A stretch of DNA of 64,000 nucleotides from an uncultured bacterium (lineage in GTDB: Bacteria; Zhuqueibacterota; QNDG01; DTFT01). Made by a program: the position numbers and the translations under genes. Location of the stretch: contig CAVTNR010000028.1 in the NCBI GenBank assembly GCA_963736115.1, forward strand, positions 52,492 through 116,491, in the 5' to 3' direction. The notes beneath the pieces were generated by a model that made no database searches, was not told the DNA's origin, and worked only from the letters and a program-made list of their open reading frames with translations. This document shows, one piece after another, positions 10,080 to 20,713 of the stretch (its first letter is position 1; each line of letters opens with the position of its first letter).

Positions 10080-10861
10080 CGGGTCCTCCACCGTTTCGAT
10101 TCCAGCGAAAGATGCGTCAGGAACAGAAAGAATCCGATGAAGCTGAGGTACAGAACGATATCCTTCAGGTCGATCACGCCTTTCGCGAATTCGTCGAAAT
10201 GGGAAAGCAGGGACACGTAAGCCAGAATCGAGCCGACTCCGGGACCGGCGAATTCATCAGCCCATCCGACCACCCAGAACAGCAGCAGCAGGATGATCGT
10301 GAGAAACCCGGCCACGATCTGGTTTTCCGTCAGGGTGGAGAGAAAGATGCCGACCGCGACAAACGCCCCGCCCAGCAGCAGGAGTCCGATATAGCTCGTG
10401 AGTATCTGCCCGGGTTCGGGTTTTCCGCTGAAAAACAGAACGGCCACGTAGACAAGCGTCCCCGCGATGAGAGACGCGACCAGCACGAAAGCCGCCAGGG
10501 CTTTGCCCAGCACCGTCTCCCAGTTGCGGAGCGGCGAAGTCATCAGAAGCTCGATCGTCCCGTTCCGGAACTCCTCGGCGTATAGACGCATCGTGATGAG
10601 CGGCACCGTGAAGATCAGGACGACGGCCAGGTTGTGAAAGAAGGGCCTCAGCGCCATGAGATTGACGTTGATCGGCGGAGGCGCCATCCGGTAGTACTGC
10701 GCCTGCATTTCGGAACGCAGGGCCGTGTTCAGAAAACTCGTCAGGATCGCGTAGAAAAAGAATCCCGCGATCAGGAGGAAACCCGCCATCACGGCGTAGG
10801 CCAGCGGCGAGCTGAAATAGGAGCGGAGTTCGCGCCGGAAAACGATCCACGTGTTCCTCAT
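10076..10861 (-). CDS. ABC-2 permease (GldF-like)
   Basis: RELRSYFSSP, TMRLYAEE...GTIELLMTSP, STLTENQIVA. Confidence 0.88.
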   Translation of the reverse strand: MRNTWIVFRRELRSYFSSPLAYAVMAGFLLIAGFFFYAILTSFLNTALRSEMQAQYYRMAPPPINVNLMALRPFFHNLAVVLIFTVPLITMRLYAEEFRNGTIELLMTSPLRNWETVLGKALAAFVLVASLIAGTLVYVAVLFFSGKPEPGQILTSYIGLLLLGGAFVAVGIFLSTLTENQIVAGFLTIILLLLFWVVGWADEFAGPGVGSILAYVSLLSHFDEFAKGVIDLKDIVLYLSFIGFFLFLTHLSLESKRWRTR

Positions 10862-11808
10862 GCCGGCACCTCCTCTTCCCGGGTGGTCAGGTGGAGAAAA
10901 ACCTCCTCCAGGCTCATGCCCACGGGACGCATCTCCAGAAGACCCCACCCCTGTCCGACCACCAGCGCGGCGAGATCCCGCCGGACGTCCCTGCCGATTT
11001 CCGTCTCGATCAGGTATCCGCTCCGGCGGCTCTTCTCCGTTTTCCGCAGCGAAACGGCCGTGACGCCGCCAAGGGCGCGGACCTTCGCTTCGACCGACTC
11101 CTCAGGCCCCTCCACTTCCACGTAGATGTTGTCGGAACCCCGGAGGCGCCGCGTGAGGTTCTCCGTGGTGTCCGAGGCGACAATGTGGCCCTCGTTGATG
11201 ATGATCACCCGGCCGCAGGTCATGCTGACCTCGGGCAGGATGTGCGTGGAGAGGATGATGGTGTGATCCCCGCCGAGCCCCTTGATCAGCTCCCGGACCT
11301 CGATGATCTGCTTGGGATCCAGGCCCACGGTGGGCTCATCCAGGATGAGCACTTCCGGGTTGTGAATCAACGCCTGGGCGATGCCCACCCGCTGGCGGTA
11401 TCCCTTGGACAGGTGCTTGATGATGCGTCCCGCCTCGGTCCGGATGGAGGTTTTCTCCATGACCTCAGGTACCCGGGTTTTCAGCAGGCGCCGATCCATC
11501 CCCTTGATGCCGCCGACGAACTCCAGGTACTTCTCGACGGTCATCTCAGAGTACAGGGGCGGATTCTCCGGAAGGTACCCGATGCGGCGGCGGACCTCCA
11601 TCGACTGTTCGAACACGTCAAAGCCCGCGATGGAAGCCCGTCCGCTCGTGGCGGGCATGTAGCACGTCAGAATCCGCATGGTGGTCGTTTTGCCCGCGGC
11701 GTTGGGCCCGAGAAAACCCAGGATTTCGCCCCGGTCCACGGAGAAGGTGATATCCTGCACCGCGGTTTTGGTTCCGTAGACCTTCGTCAGATGGCGGATG
11801 TCAATCAA
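10858..11808 (-). CDS. ABC transporter ATP-binding protein (GldA-like)
   Basis: Walker A GPNAAGKTT, signature LSKGYRQR, Walker B LILDEPT. Confidence 0.93.
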   Translation of the reverse strand: MIDIRHLTKVYGTKTAVQDITFSVDRGEILGFLGPNAAGKTTTMRILTCYMPATSGRASIAGFDVFEQSMEVRRRIGYLPENPPLYSEMTVEKYLEFVGGIKGMDRRLLKTRVPEVMEKTSIRTEAGRIIKHLSKGYRQRVGIAQALIHNPEVLILDEPTVGLDPKQIIEVRELIKGLGGDHTIILSTHILPEVSMTCGRVIIINEGHIVASDTTENLTRRLRGSDNIYVEVEGPEESVEAKVRALGGVTAVSLRKTEKSRRSGYLIETEIGRDVRRDLAALVVGQGWGLLEMRPVGMSLEEVFLHLTTREEEVPA

Positions 11809-11829
11809 GGCCGGCTCTCCTTCCCGGAT

Positions 11830-12099
11830 CTACCTGCGGATGCCGAGCTTCTGGATCAGGGACCGATAGCCTTCCAGATCTTCCCGGATGAGGTAATCGA
11901 GAAGTTTGCGGCGCTTGCCGACCATCTTCAGAAGTCCGAGCCGGGACAGATGGTCCTTGGGATTGGTTTGGAAATGCCCGGTGAGCTGGTTGATGCGTTC
12001 GGTCAGCAGGGCGATCTGGACGGCCGTGGTTCCGGTGTCTTTCTCGCTTTTGCCGTACGTTTTGATGAGTTCTTCCCTTTTTTCCTTGGTCAGTGGCAT
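11830..12099 (-). CDS. rpsO: 30S ribosomal protein S15
   Basis: 89 aa; [33 protein letters not shown]. Confidence 0.98.
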   Translation of the reverse strand: MPLTKEKREELIKTYGKSEKDTGTTAVQIALLTERINQLTGHFQTNPKDHLSRLGLLKMVGKRRKLLDYLIREDLEGYRSLIQKLGIRR

Positions 12100-12100
12100 G

Positions 12101-13037
12101 TCATCCTCCTTGCCGGTTCAACATTTGACGCGCGGCGTCCCGGTCTCTTCCCATCTGGCCAATCATGGTCCGGACCGAGTCGAATCGGATCTCGTCGCGC
12201 AGTTTTCGAAAAAAGTCAATGCGTACGGTTTCGCCGTACAGATCCCCCTCAAATTCCATCAGATGAGCCTCGATGGTCCGGTCGCCGCCGCCCACCGTCG
12301 GGTGGTTGCCGACGGCTACGACCGCCGGATGCCTGTCGTTTCCGATCCGGACGAAGGCCGCGTACACGCCGTCGCCCGGGACCAGTTTGTCCGTCCGCCC
12401 GGGGCGGACATTGGCCGTGGGAAAACCGAAACCCCGTCCAAGCCCCTTTCCGGGAACCACGCGGCCGACAACCGTATAGGTCCGCTCCAGGAGAACGGCC
12501 GCCTCCTCAACCCGTCCCTGTTCCAGCAGAGCCCGGATGCGGGTGCTGGAAACCGGCGCTCCGTCCAGAATCACGGGCGGCTCGACGCGAACGGCGAACC
12601 CCTTCTCCTGACCGAGCCGCGACAGCAGCGCCCCGTCCCCCGAGCGCCCGCGCCCGAATGCATGATTGTAGCCGGCGATCAGGCCGGCCACCCGCACATC
12701 AGGGATCAGGACCTCCCGGATGAAATCCTCAGGCGTCCGGCGCGCAAGTTCAGCGGTGAACGGCAGAACCGCCGCTTCATCCACGCCTTCCAGTTCCAGC
12801 CGCTCGATTTTCTCCTCACCCGGGGTCAGCAGGCCGACCGGGACGCCGGGATCGAGGACAGTCTTCGGATGGGGGTCGAAGGTCACGACCAGACTCACCG
12901 CGCCCTCCTGCCGTGCCGCTTGGGTCAGACTCTCGGAGGATGGCACGATGGCCGGAATGAACCCCGTCAAAAATGCCCAGGGTGACCCAGTGCCGGGCGC
13001 CTGAATCGGACGCCGGAAGTCGGTCCCGGGTCTTCAT
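12101..13037 (-). CDS. ribF: Bifunctional riboflavin kinase/FAD synthetase, one apparent frameshift near 12934
   Basis: [12 protein letters not shown] in one frame from ATG 13037; [19 protein letters not shown] and IEAHL in another frame. Confidence 0.92.
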
Positions 13038-14065
13038 CCCGGCCGGGGACGCGCCGCAGGCCCTTCGCCGGCGCCGGACGGACGGAACAGCGGCCCGAGG
13101 ACTTCCAGAATCCGGCTTTTGACTTCATTTTCCTCGCCCCGGATCATGCATCCGGAAGCCCGCATGTGTCCGCCGCCGCCGAACTGCTTGGCGACTTCGT
13201 TCACGTCCACGTACGACTTCGAGCGGAAGCTGACCTTGAAGAGACCGGGCTGCAGCTTGAGCATGAAGAATTCGACCTCGGTTCCTTCGACCGTGAGCAG
13301 GTGGTCGATGAAACCCTCCGTATCCGGTCGTTCCGGTGATTCGCTGGAATGGTGATTGAGGTGGATCGAGGCGACGGCTCCGTTGAAGTGGAATTCCAGG
13401 GTCGAGAGCGCCGAGGAGAGCGCCTTCAGGGTTTCGGGGGAATTCCGGAAGTAAATCCGTTCGGCGATGCGCCCGGGATCCGCGCCCTTCCGAACCATAT
13501 CCGAACAGATCTCCAGGGACCGGTGCGTGATGTTCGGAAAGAGAAAGCGCCCGGTGTCGCAGACGATTCCCGTGTACACCAGCGTGGCGATTTCAGGCGT
13601 CACAGGAAGACCGCACACGGCGGCGAGATAATAGACCAGTTCCACTGTGCTGCTTTCCTCGGCGTCGCAGATCCGGGCGTCCCCGAGGCACTCGCTCTCC
13701 GGATGGTGGTCGATATGAATGACGGCCGACTCGGGACGGATGAAACCGCTCACCCGTCCGATCCGCTGGAGGGTGGACGCGTCCAACACGGCGATCACGT
13801 CCGGTTCGAACGCGGGCTTGAACCCATCGAAGGTCCGGACCGATCCGATCCCCGGCAGGAAATCGAATTTGCGGGGCACGGCGTCGTCGATCACAATGCA
13901 GTGTGTCTTGTTGTACCGCTGGAGAATGGCGGAAAAAAGGAGTACCGAAGCGATCGAATCGCCGTCCGGATGGATATGGGTGGTGACCCAGAAGCGGTCG
14001 CGCCGTTCGATGAGAGTTTTGATGTCTCCGAGCTGGTCCCGGTGGGTGTCGATCTTATTCCGCAT
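13034..14065 (-). CDS. DHH/DHHA1 phosphoesterase (NrnA-like), read in frame with rbfA
   Basis: HIHPDGD, IDHH, DTGRF, SFRS and GGGGH motifs; own ATG at 14065. Confidence 0.9.
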   Translation of the reverse strand: MRNKIDTHRDQLGDIKTLIERRDRFWVTTHIHPDGDSIASVLLFSAILQRYNKTHCIVIDDAVPRKFDFLPGIGSVRTFDGFKPAFEPDVIAVLDASTLQRIGRVSGFIRPESAVIHIDHHPESECLGDARICDAEESSTVELVYYLAAVCGLPVTPEIATLVYTGIVCDTGRFLFPNITHRSLEICSDMVRKGADPGRIAERIYFRNSPETLKALSSALSTLEFHFNGAVASIHLNHHSSESPERPDTEGFIDHLLTVEGTEVEFFMLKLQPGLFKVSFRSKSYVDVNEVAKQFGGGGHMRASGCMIRGEENEVKSRILEVLGPLFRPSGAGEGPAARPRPG

Positions 14066-14452
14066 GGTTGGAAATCGTTGTTTCCCCGTTTTTTCCGTTT
14101 CTTCCTTTTTGAGCCTCTCGAGCAGGGCGTCGATCCGCGCGCCGTATTCGTTGCTTTCGTCCAGCACGAACCGCAGGACGGGCATGTACCGCAGGCGGAT
14201 CCTATCGCCCAGGAGGTTCTGTACGGCGGGCCGGGCGCGGTCGAGCGCGGCCAGCGCTTCCCGCTTCCGATCCGCGTCTCCCATCACGCTGACGAATACG
14301 CGCGCGGTCCGGATGTCCTTCGAAACCTCGGCCCCGGTCAGGGTCACGAATCCGATGCCCGGATCCCGGAGTTCGGTCTGAAGAATGCCGCTGATCTCCC
14401 GGACCAGCAGGTCGGCGATCTTCTGGCAGCGGATGGATGGGGATTCGGGCAT
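14066..14452 (-). CDS. rbfA: Ribosome-binding factor A; no stop before the DHH gene in this sequence
   Basis: ELRDPGIGFVTLTGAEVSKDIRTARVFVS...LRYMPVLRFVLDES. Confidence 0.92.
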
Positions 14453-14461
14453 CTCCGCCTC

Positions 14462-14743
14462 CTACCAGACTTCGACACGGCGGTCCACCACTTCGACCCG
14501 GGTCTCCGCGTCCGACGCGTTCATCAGCCGCTCGAAAAGCGAATCGATCCCTTCCGCTCAGCCGACACGCAGGCGAAGGCCAGGACGGAGTGCTGCCATT
14601 TTTCCTGATAATCCACTTCGGCCACCGAAACGTTGAATCCACTGCGGATTTTCTCTTCAGACTATGCAGAACGAACCGCTTGTCTTTCAGCGAGAAGGCC
14701 CCGGGAAGGAGCAGTCTCGACCTGCAGGGTCCCGAGTCATCAT
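14462..14743 (-). CDS. DUF503/YlxP family protein, frameshifted
   Basis: Stitched frames give ...LPGAFSLKDKRFVLHSLK...FNVSVAEVDYQEKWQHSVLAFACVS...; canonical position between infB and rbfA. Confidence 0.8.
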
Positions 14744-17362
14744 GCGCCGAGGGTCCGCGCCGTTTCCACGACCTGGATCGCCTCAAGTGTGTCGCCGACC
14801 TCGAGCGCCTCGTAATTCTCAAGCGTGAGCCGCATCTCGAATCCGCCGCCACTTCACGGACATCGTCCTTGAAACGCTTGAGGGAGGAGATGCGCGCGGT
14901 CTGAACCAGTCTGCCGTCCCGCTTGATCCGGACCGTGTTGTTCCGGGCGATTTTCCCTGAAATCACGAAGCATCCGGCGATCGAGGCCGATCTTGGAAGC
15001 CTTGAAAATGTTCCTGACCTCGAGAGCGCCGATCACTTCCTCCCGTTTCTCGGGCTCCAGCATGCCTTCGAGGGCCAGCTTGATGTCGTTGACCAGGTCG
15101 TAGATGATCGAATACAGGCGGCATATCCACGTCCTCCTTGGCGGCCAGATCCGGGCCTTGGACGTCGGCTCGACATGGAATCCGAGGACCACCGCCTGTG
15201 AAGCCTCGGCCAGCAGCACGTCGGATTCGGTGATTGCGCCGACGCCGCGGTGGATGATGCGGACGCCGACGCTTTCGTGCTTGATCTCCATCAGGGTGTC
15301 GGCGATGGCCTCAAGGGATCCGTCCACGTCGGCCTTGAGGACGATCATCAGCTCCTTGACCTCCCCGTCCGCGATGCGTTTCGATATCTGGTCGAGCGTC
15401 AGCCGGCGGACCTGGCGGAGACTCTGCTCCCGCTGGAGCTGCTGCCGCTTGAGCGCGATCTCGCGGGTCTCGGATTCGGAATCGAATACAACGAGCTCGA
15501 TCGCCGGCCTGGGGCATGCCCGTGAATCCGAGCACCTGTACCGGGGTCGCCGGAAGGGCCTCGCGGACCGGTCGGTATCGTTCATCGAACATGGCCCGGA
15601 CGCGCCCGTTGAACTGCCCGGCGAGGAAAACATCGCCGATCCGGAGCGTGCCTTCTGGACCAGCACGGTGGAAACGACGCCCTTGCCCCGGTCCAGCCGA
15701 CGCCTCGACGACCACGGCCTTCGGCTTGGCCTCGGGATTCGCCTTCAGTTCCAGGACCTCCGCCTCGAGCAGGATGAGGTCCAGCAGGCGCTCAATGCCC
15801 TGTCCGGTCTTGGCGGAGATTTCGGCGCACTGAGCCTTGCCGCCCCATTGTTCCACCAAAACGTTCGTGTTCCGACAGCTGCTTCCGGATCATGTCCGGA
15901 TTCGCCTGGGGACGGTCGATTTTATTGATGGCCACCACGATGGGGACGCCGGCCGCTTTCGCGTGGTTGATGGCCTCGATGGTCTGCGGCATGACGCTGT
16001 CGTCCGCTGCGACGACCAGGACCACGATATCGGTGATCTGGGCGCCCCTCGCGCGCATGGCCGTGAAGGCTTCGTGACCCGGCGTGTCCAGAAACGTGAT
16101 TTTCCGGCCCCGGAACTCGACCTCGTACGCGCCGATGTGCTGGGTGATGCCGCCCGACTCACCGGCGATGATGTTGCTCTCCCGGATATGGTCCAGAAGC
16201 GAGGTTTTGCCGTGGTCGACGTGTCCCATGATGGTCACCACCGGAGAACGCGGCTTCAGCAAGCTGGGATCGGCCTGCTCGGGCGTCTCGTCCTCCCGGT
16301 TTTCCACGACGTCCTCGCCGAAAGCCGAAAGGAACTTGACCTCGTAGTCGAATTCGTCGGCCAGCATGATGATCGTATCCCGGTCCAGCCGCTGGTTGAT
16401 CGAAACCATGAGCCCCAGCGAAAGGCAGGCCTTGATCACTTCGCTCGATTCAATGTCCATCAGGTTGGCGAGTTCCGCGACCGAGGCGAACTCCGTCGTC
16501 TGGATGACGTTCACCTCCGAAGTTTCGGCCTCCTCCCCGGTCTCCTTCTCCTTGCGGTGCTTCCGCCGGCGGGAGGTATCGCCCATTTTGGCGAGTGTCT
16601 CGCGGATCGAAGCTTCGATCGCCTTCTCGTCGATGGGCGTGCCGGCCTTCTTGCGTTTTTTCTTCTTCTTCCGGTGGCCCGTGCCGAATTGGGCCGCGGG
16701 GACCGCCGGGCCGTCTTTGCGGCCCTTGCGCGCCTTGGCATCGTCGTCGGCGAGAATGATGCGCGGCCCGCCTCCGGCTTCCTCTTCGGCCGTGGGACGG
16801 CGTTTCAGATGGCGTTTCGGCTTTCCGGCGCCGGTCTTGGGCTTCTCCTTCGCTCCGGGTTCCGGTTTAAGCTGAATCACGGGCAGCGGAATCCGCGCGG
16901 GGGCAGGAGCGGCCGCTTCCGGACCGGCGGGCTGAACAGCGGCCTCTTCAGCGGCTGTCTTCCGGCCGGCGGGAACGACTGTTTCAGCCTTGCGCCGATC
17001 GGCTTTGGCGGGCTTCTTCTCGGGTTCGGCGATGACCGGAAGATCGCCCTTCGAATATTCGAGAATTTCGTCGATTTCCTGCCGGATCGCCTGTTTCCGG
17101 GCTTCTTCCTCTTCTTCTTATCCTGTATCTTTTTCCGGAAATCAGGCTCTTTCGCGGTCTCCGTTTCCTCTTTTTCCTTCTGAAAATGACCGGTGAGCAG
17201 GGAGACCTGCTCGTCGGTGAGGGGCGCCATAATATTCCGCACCTTGAACTTGTGCAATTCAAGGAATTCGGTCACCGCCTCGTTGGAGATATTGAATTCC
17301 TTGGCGACCTGGTAGATGCGTTTTTTCTTGGACAAATCCGGCTGTTTTTCAGTTTCTTTCAA
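14740..17362 (-). CDS. infB: Translation initiation factor IF-2, multiple apparent frameshifts
   Basis: [12 protein letters not shown]-terminus, [35 protein letters not shown] and [12 protein letters not shown], spread over several frames. Confidence 0.95.
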
Positions 17363-18759
17363 CGGGCGTCTCCGGCAGGTTTGGATTCCTCTTCCGGCTG
17401 GGGTTCCGCGGCCGGTTCCGGTCCGGTTTCCCCGGATTCCGTCTCGATCGCGGCCTGCTCCGGCCGACCGGCTTCCGGACCCGGTTCGGTTTCAGGTCCG
17501 ATTCCCTTGTCCTTCAGCGGTTCATCCTCGTAATAGGAGGTCAGCACCTCGAAAATGCGGTCCGCTGTTTTGTCGCCGAATCCCTTCAGTTCCAGAATCG
17601 TCTCGCGTCCCGCATCGAGCACTTCCTCCGCGGATTCGAATCCGGCCGCGGCGAGCTTCTCGACGATGGTCTTGGTCAGTTCCGGGATGTCGGAGAGCAG
17701 GAGCTTCTCTTCCTTCGGCTGACTCTTGTCCCAGTCGGACTGCTTGACTGTTTCAACCGCATATCCCGTGAGCATGCAGGCCAGCTGGCGGTTCTGGCCC
17801 CCTTTTCCGATGGCGAGTGAAATCTGATCATCGGAGATCACCGCCGTGGCGCTTTTCTGTTCATTGTTGAGGAGGATGCGGACGGGTTTCGCGGGCGAAA
17901 GGGCGCGGCTGATAAAAATCTCCGGTTCGCTGCTCCAGTTGATGACGTCGATCTTCTCGTTGTTCAGTTCCTTGACGATGGACTGGATGCGGACGCCCTT
18001 GAGGCCCACACAGGCGCCGACGGCATCAATCCGCTTGTCGTTGGAATAAACCGCGACTTTCGCCCGATCTCCGGGAAACCGCGCGACGCCCTTGATTTCG
18101 ATCACGCCGTCGTAGATCTCCGGCACTTCCAGCTCGAAGAGCCGGATGAGGAACTTGGAATCGGTCCGCGAGACGATCACTTCGGGGCCGCGCGAGGTCT
18201 GGCTGACCTCCTTGATGACGGCCCGAACCGTGTCGCCCCGGTGATAATGTTCGTTGTGGATCTGCTCGGACCGGGGCAGCGTGACTTCCATGTGGTCCAC
18301 GGAGATCAGCACTTCGTCGCGGTTGTTCTGGCGGATGTCGCCGACCACCACCTCGCCCACGCGGTCCTTGAACTCGTTGAACAGCACTTCCTTTTCGGCT
18401 TCCCGGATCTTCTGCGTCAGGCTCTGCTTGGCCGACGTGATCAGGCGCCGGCCGAAGCTCATGGGATCGATCATCTCGGCGAACTCGTCTCCCAGGTCCA
18501 GGTCGGGCTCAATCTCCTTCGCCCGCTCCACGCCGATCTGCGTGACCGGATCGGTAACCTCTTCGACGATGTTCTTGACCTGGTAGATTTCGACTTCGCC
18601 TTTGTCCATATTGACGAAGACATTGAAATTGTCGGAAGTGCCGAATTTCCGCTTGATCATCGAAACGAAGATGGATTCGATGATGCCGCTGAGGGCCTCC
18701 CGTTTAATGTTCCGTTCCTTCGCGATCTGGGTTACGGCTTCAATGATTTCCGTGTTCAT
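17359..18759 (-). CDS. nusA: Transcription termination/antitermination factor NusA
   Basis: LFELEVPEIYDG, DAVGACVGLKGVRI, LAIGKGGQN. Confidence 0.97.
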   Translation of the reverse strand: MNTEIIEAVTQIAKERNIKREALSGIIESIFVSMIKRKFGTSDNFNVFVNMDKGEVEIYQVKNIVEEVTDPVTQIGVERAKEIEPDLDLGDEFAEMIDPMSFGRRLITSAKQSLTQKIREAEKEVLFNEFKDRVGEVVVGDIRQNNRDEVLISVDHMEVTLPRSEQIHNEHYHRGDTVRAVIKEVSQTSRGPEVIVSRTDSKFLIRLFELEVPEIYDGVIEIKGVARFPGDRAKVAVYSNDKRIDAVGACVGLKGVRIQSIVKELNNEKIDVINWSSEPEIFISRALSPAKPVRILLNNEQKSATAVISDDQISLAIGKGGQNRQLACMLTGYAVETVKQSDWDKSQPKEEKLLLSDIPELTKTIVEKLAAAGFESAEEVLDAGRETILELKGFGDKTADRIFEVLTSYYEDEPLKDKGIGPETEPGPEAGRPEQAAIETESGETGPEPAAEPQPEEESKPAGDAR

Positions 18760-18775
18760 GGAAGAAGACTCCTGT

Positions 18776-19240
18776 TCACCATTGCACCGCACGGCGGGCG
18801 CGGGACACCGCCGTCAGTGGAATGCGGACCGTTTGTCCGTCGATTTCAATTTCCACGGCGCCGTCAACCGCGGTACGGACGATTCCCTCGTCCCGGCGCG
18901 GAACGCCATCCCGTGTCCATTCGATCCGGATCTTCCGGCCGGTCTGCAGGCGGAAATCCTTCTCCGTTTTTAAAGGCCGGTCCAGGCCGGGCGAGGACAC
19001 CTCGATGCGCCAATCCTGGGCTTCGGGTCCGGCCAGCTCGATGCGGGACCGCAGGCTGCGGTGAATGACCGCGCAATCCTCGATCGTGATGCCGCCCGGC
19101 TTGTCCGCGACAACACAGAGAGTCGGCGCGCGTGCGGATCCCCGCAGAGACACATCCAACAGCTCGATACCCGACTGTACGGCCGCGGATTCCGCTTCAC
19201 GGATCAGGTCTGGGAGAAGTTCCGGTTTCATGGACTCCAT
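18776..19240 (-). CDS. rimP: Ribosome maturation factor RimP
   Basis: GITIEDC, IEVSSPGLDRPL; upstream of nusA. Confidence 0.95.
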   Translation of the reverse strand: MESMKPELLPDLIREAESAAVQSGIELLDVSLRGSARAPTLCVVADKPGGITIEDCAVIHRSLRSRIELAGPEAQDWRIEVSSPGLDRPLKTEKDFRLQTGRKIRIEWTRDGVPRRDEGIVRTAVDGAVEIEIDGQTVRIPLTAVSRARRAVQW

Positions 19241-19241
19241 T

Positions 19242-19270
19242 AAAAAAAGTGGGTTTGAGACCCACTTTTC
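19242..19270 (-). promoter_or_regulatory. rimP leader terminator-like hairpin
   Basis: Minus strand AAAAGTGGG-tctcaaa-CCCACTTTTTTT directly before the rimP ATG, matching the known rimP-leader architecture. Confidence 0.75.
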
Positions 19271-19348
19271 AGCATTCAATATAGTTAAATGTTTTAAAAA
19301 ATGCAAGAAAAAGATGGGTTTAAACGGGGGCGCGCCGCCTTCCGCCCG

Positions 19349-20017
19349 TTACATCGACAGCTTCATCCATTCCGTTTCCTGGGCCACCTGGCTTTCCGGA
19401 AACTTTTTTTCAATGGTTTCCAGGACGGCGCGTGCGGATTTCAGGTCTCCGGCCGCCAAATGGCACCGGGCCGCTTCCTTCAGGTAAAACGGCACGGCAA
19501 AGAGGTCGGCATTTTTTTCCGCCGCCTGAACGTAGAGCCGGGCCGCATCCGGCCAGCGCTTTTCAGATTCTGCGATCGCGGCCCGTCCGGCCAGGCTCGA
19601 TGCGCGGAAAACGGGATTCTTGCAGTGCTTGTCCGTTACCAACGCGAAACGCCCGTCCGCCTCCTTTAGGTCGCCGGATTCAAAAAGCGCATTGCCTGCG
19701 TAAAACGCCGCTTCTCCCGCGGCCCGTGTGCCCTCGAATTTCTTCGTGACATCGTCCATCTTCCGGATGAGGCTTCCGGGGTCGTTCATGTATAAAGACT
19801 GAAGCGCGTCTCCCAGGGCGGACTGCGCCTTGATTTCCTCGATCCGCCGGCTTCTGGCCATGAGCACGCCGATCACGGCCAGCGCCAGAACCGCGATCAG
19901 GACGGCGTTCACCGTTCGGCTGTTGTGGTCGTACAATTGTCTGGCCTGAAAATACCGGGTGACCAGTACGTCTTCCTTGATTTCCTTCTTGTGCAGCTTT
20001 TTCTTCGGTCTCAGCAT
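19349..20017 (-). CDS. TPR membrane protein (YfgM-like)
   Basis: KKEIKED N-terminus, one TM, TPR-like helices ending KFPES. Confidence 0.75.
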   Translation of the reverse strand: MLRPKKKLHKKEIKEDVLVTRYFQARQLYDHNSRTVNAVLIAVLALAVIGVLMARSRRIEEIKAQSALGDALQSLYMNDPGSLIRKMDDVTKKFEGTRAAGEAAFYAGNALFESGDLKEADGRFALVTDKHCKNPVFRASSLAGRAAIAESEKRWPDAARLYVQAAEKNADLFAVPFYLKEAARCHLAAGDLKSARAVLETIEKKFPESQVAQETEWMKLSM

Positions 20018-20047
20018 GAATCCGTGCTCCAGTTGAGGGGGGTGCGC

Positions 20048-20428
20048 CTATTCGGTGCTGTAGGAACCCTCCAGAACATCCTTGACGATTTTGGAAAGCG
20101 TGATCTGAAGGTCCGCGGGTTTGGTGAAAAACGGGTATCCATGTGCTTTCTGCTGTTCGAGTATTTCGGCTTCATCGGCATATCCGGTCATCAGAATGAT
20201 TTTCTGTTCCGGATTTCTTTTCCGGAGCGCGTTCGCCAATTCGAATCCGTTCATTTTCGGCATCTTAATGTCGCTGATCACCAGGTCCGGCTTGAACCGT
20301 TCCCATATGTCCAGAGCCTCTTCGCCGTTGAATGCGATCCGGACCTCGTATCCCTGCCGGTCGAGAAAGCGCGTATAGACCCGGGCGATGGTATCCACAT
20401 CATCAACGACCAGTATCTTTGCCTTCAT
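20048..20428 (-). CDS. Single-domain response regulator
   Basis: ILVVDD, DLVISDIKMPKMNG, MTG and KP receiver motifs. Confidence 0.93.
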   Translation of the reverse strand: MKAKILVVDDVDTIARVYTRFLDRQGYEVRIAFNGEEALDIWERFKPDLVISDIKMPKMNGFELANALRKRNPEQKIILMTGYADEAEILEQQKAHGYPFFTKPADLQITLSKIVKDVLEGSYSTE

Positions 20429-20486
20429 GCCAACCCCCTGTAACAGGTTCGATGGTCCCTCGAAGGATCGATTCCCTCTGACCGAG

Positions 20487-20559
20487 TACCCCAGGCAGGA
20501 GTTGAACCTGCGGCCAACGGTTTAGGAAACCGCTGCTCTATCCTCTGAGCTACTGGGGC
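20487..20559 (-). tRNA. tRNA-Arg(CCT)
   Basis: GCCCCAGTAGCTCAGAGGATAGAGCAGCGGTTTCCTAAACCGTTGGCCGCAGGTTCAACTCCTGCCTGGGGTA folds as a cloverleaf; anticodon CCT; CCA not encoded. Confidence 0.95.
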
Positions 20560-20713
20560 ATTTTCCATCTTTTCAATGTATAAAAATATTTCCGAAAAGG
20601 CAAGATTTTTTTGACGTTGCGTCTGCTCCCGGAACCGAATAAAGCCGTTGAATTTAGCGAAATTCTTTCGTACACTACGGCCGTTCTCCCTCGCATCTTT
20701 GAAGGAACTTCCC

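Noticed and set aside
14740-17362. Programmed frameshifting or true pseudogene for infB
   Set aside because: Indels are numerous, scattered and shared with neighbouring genes, which fits sequencing error.
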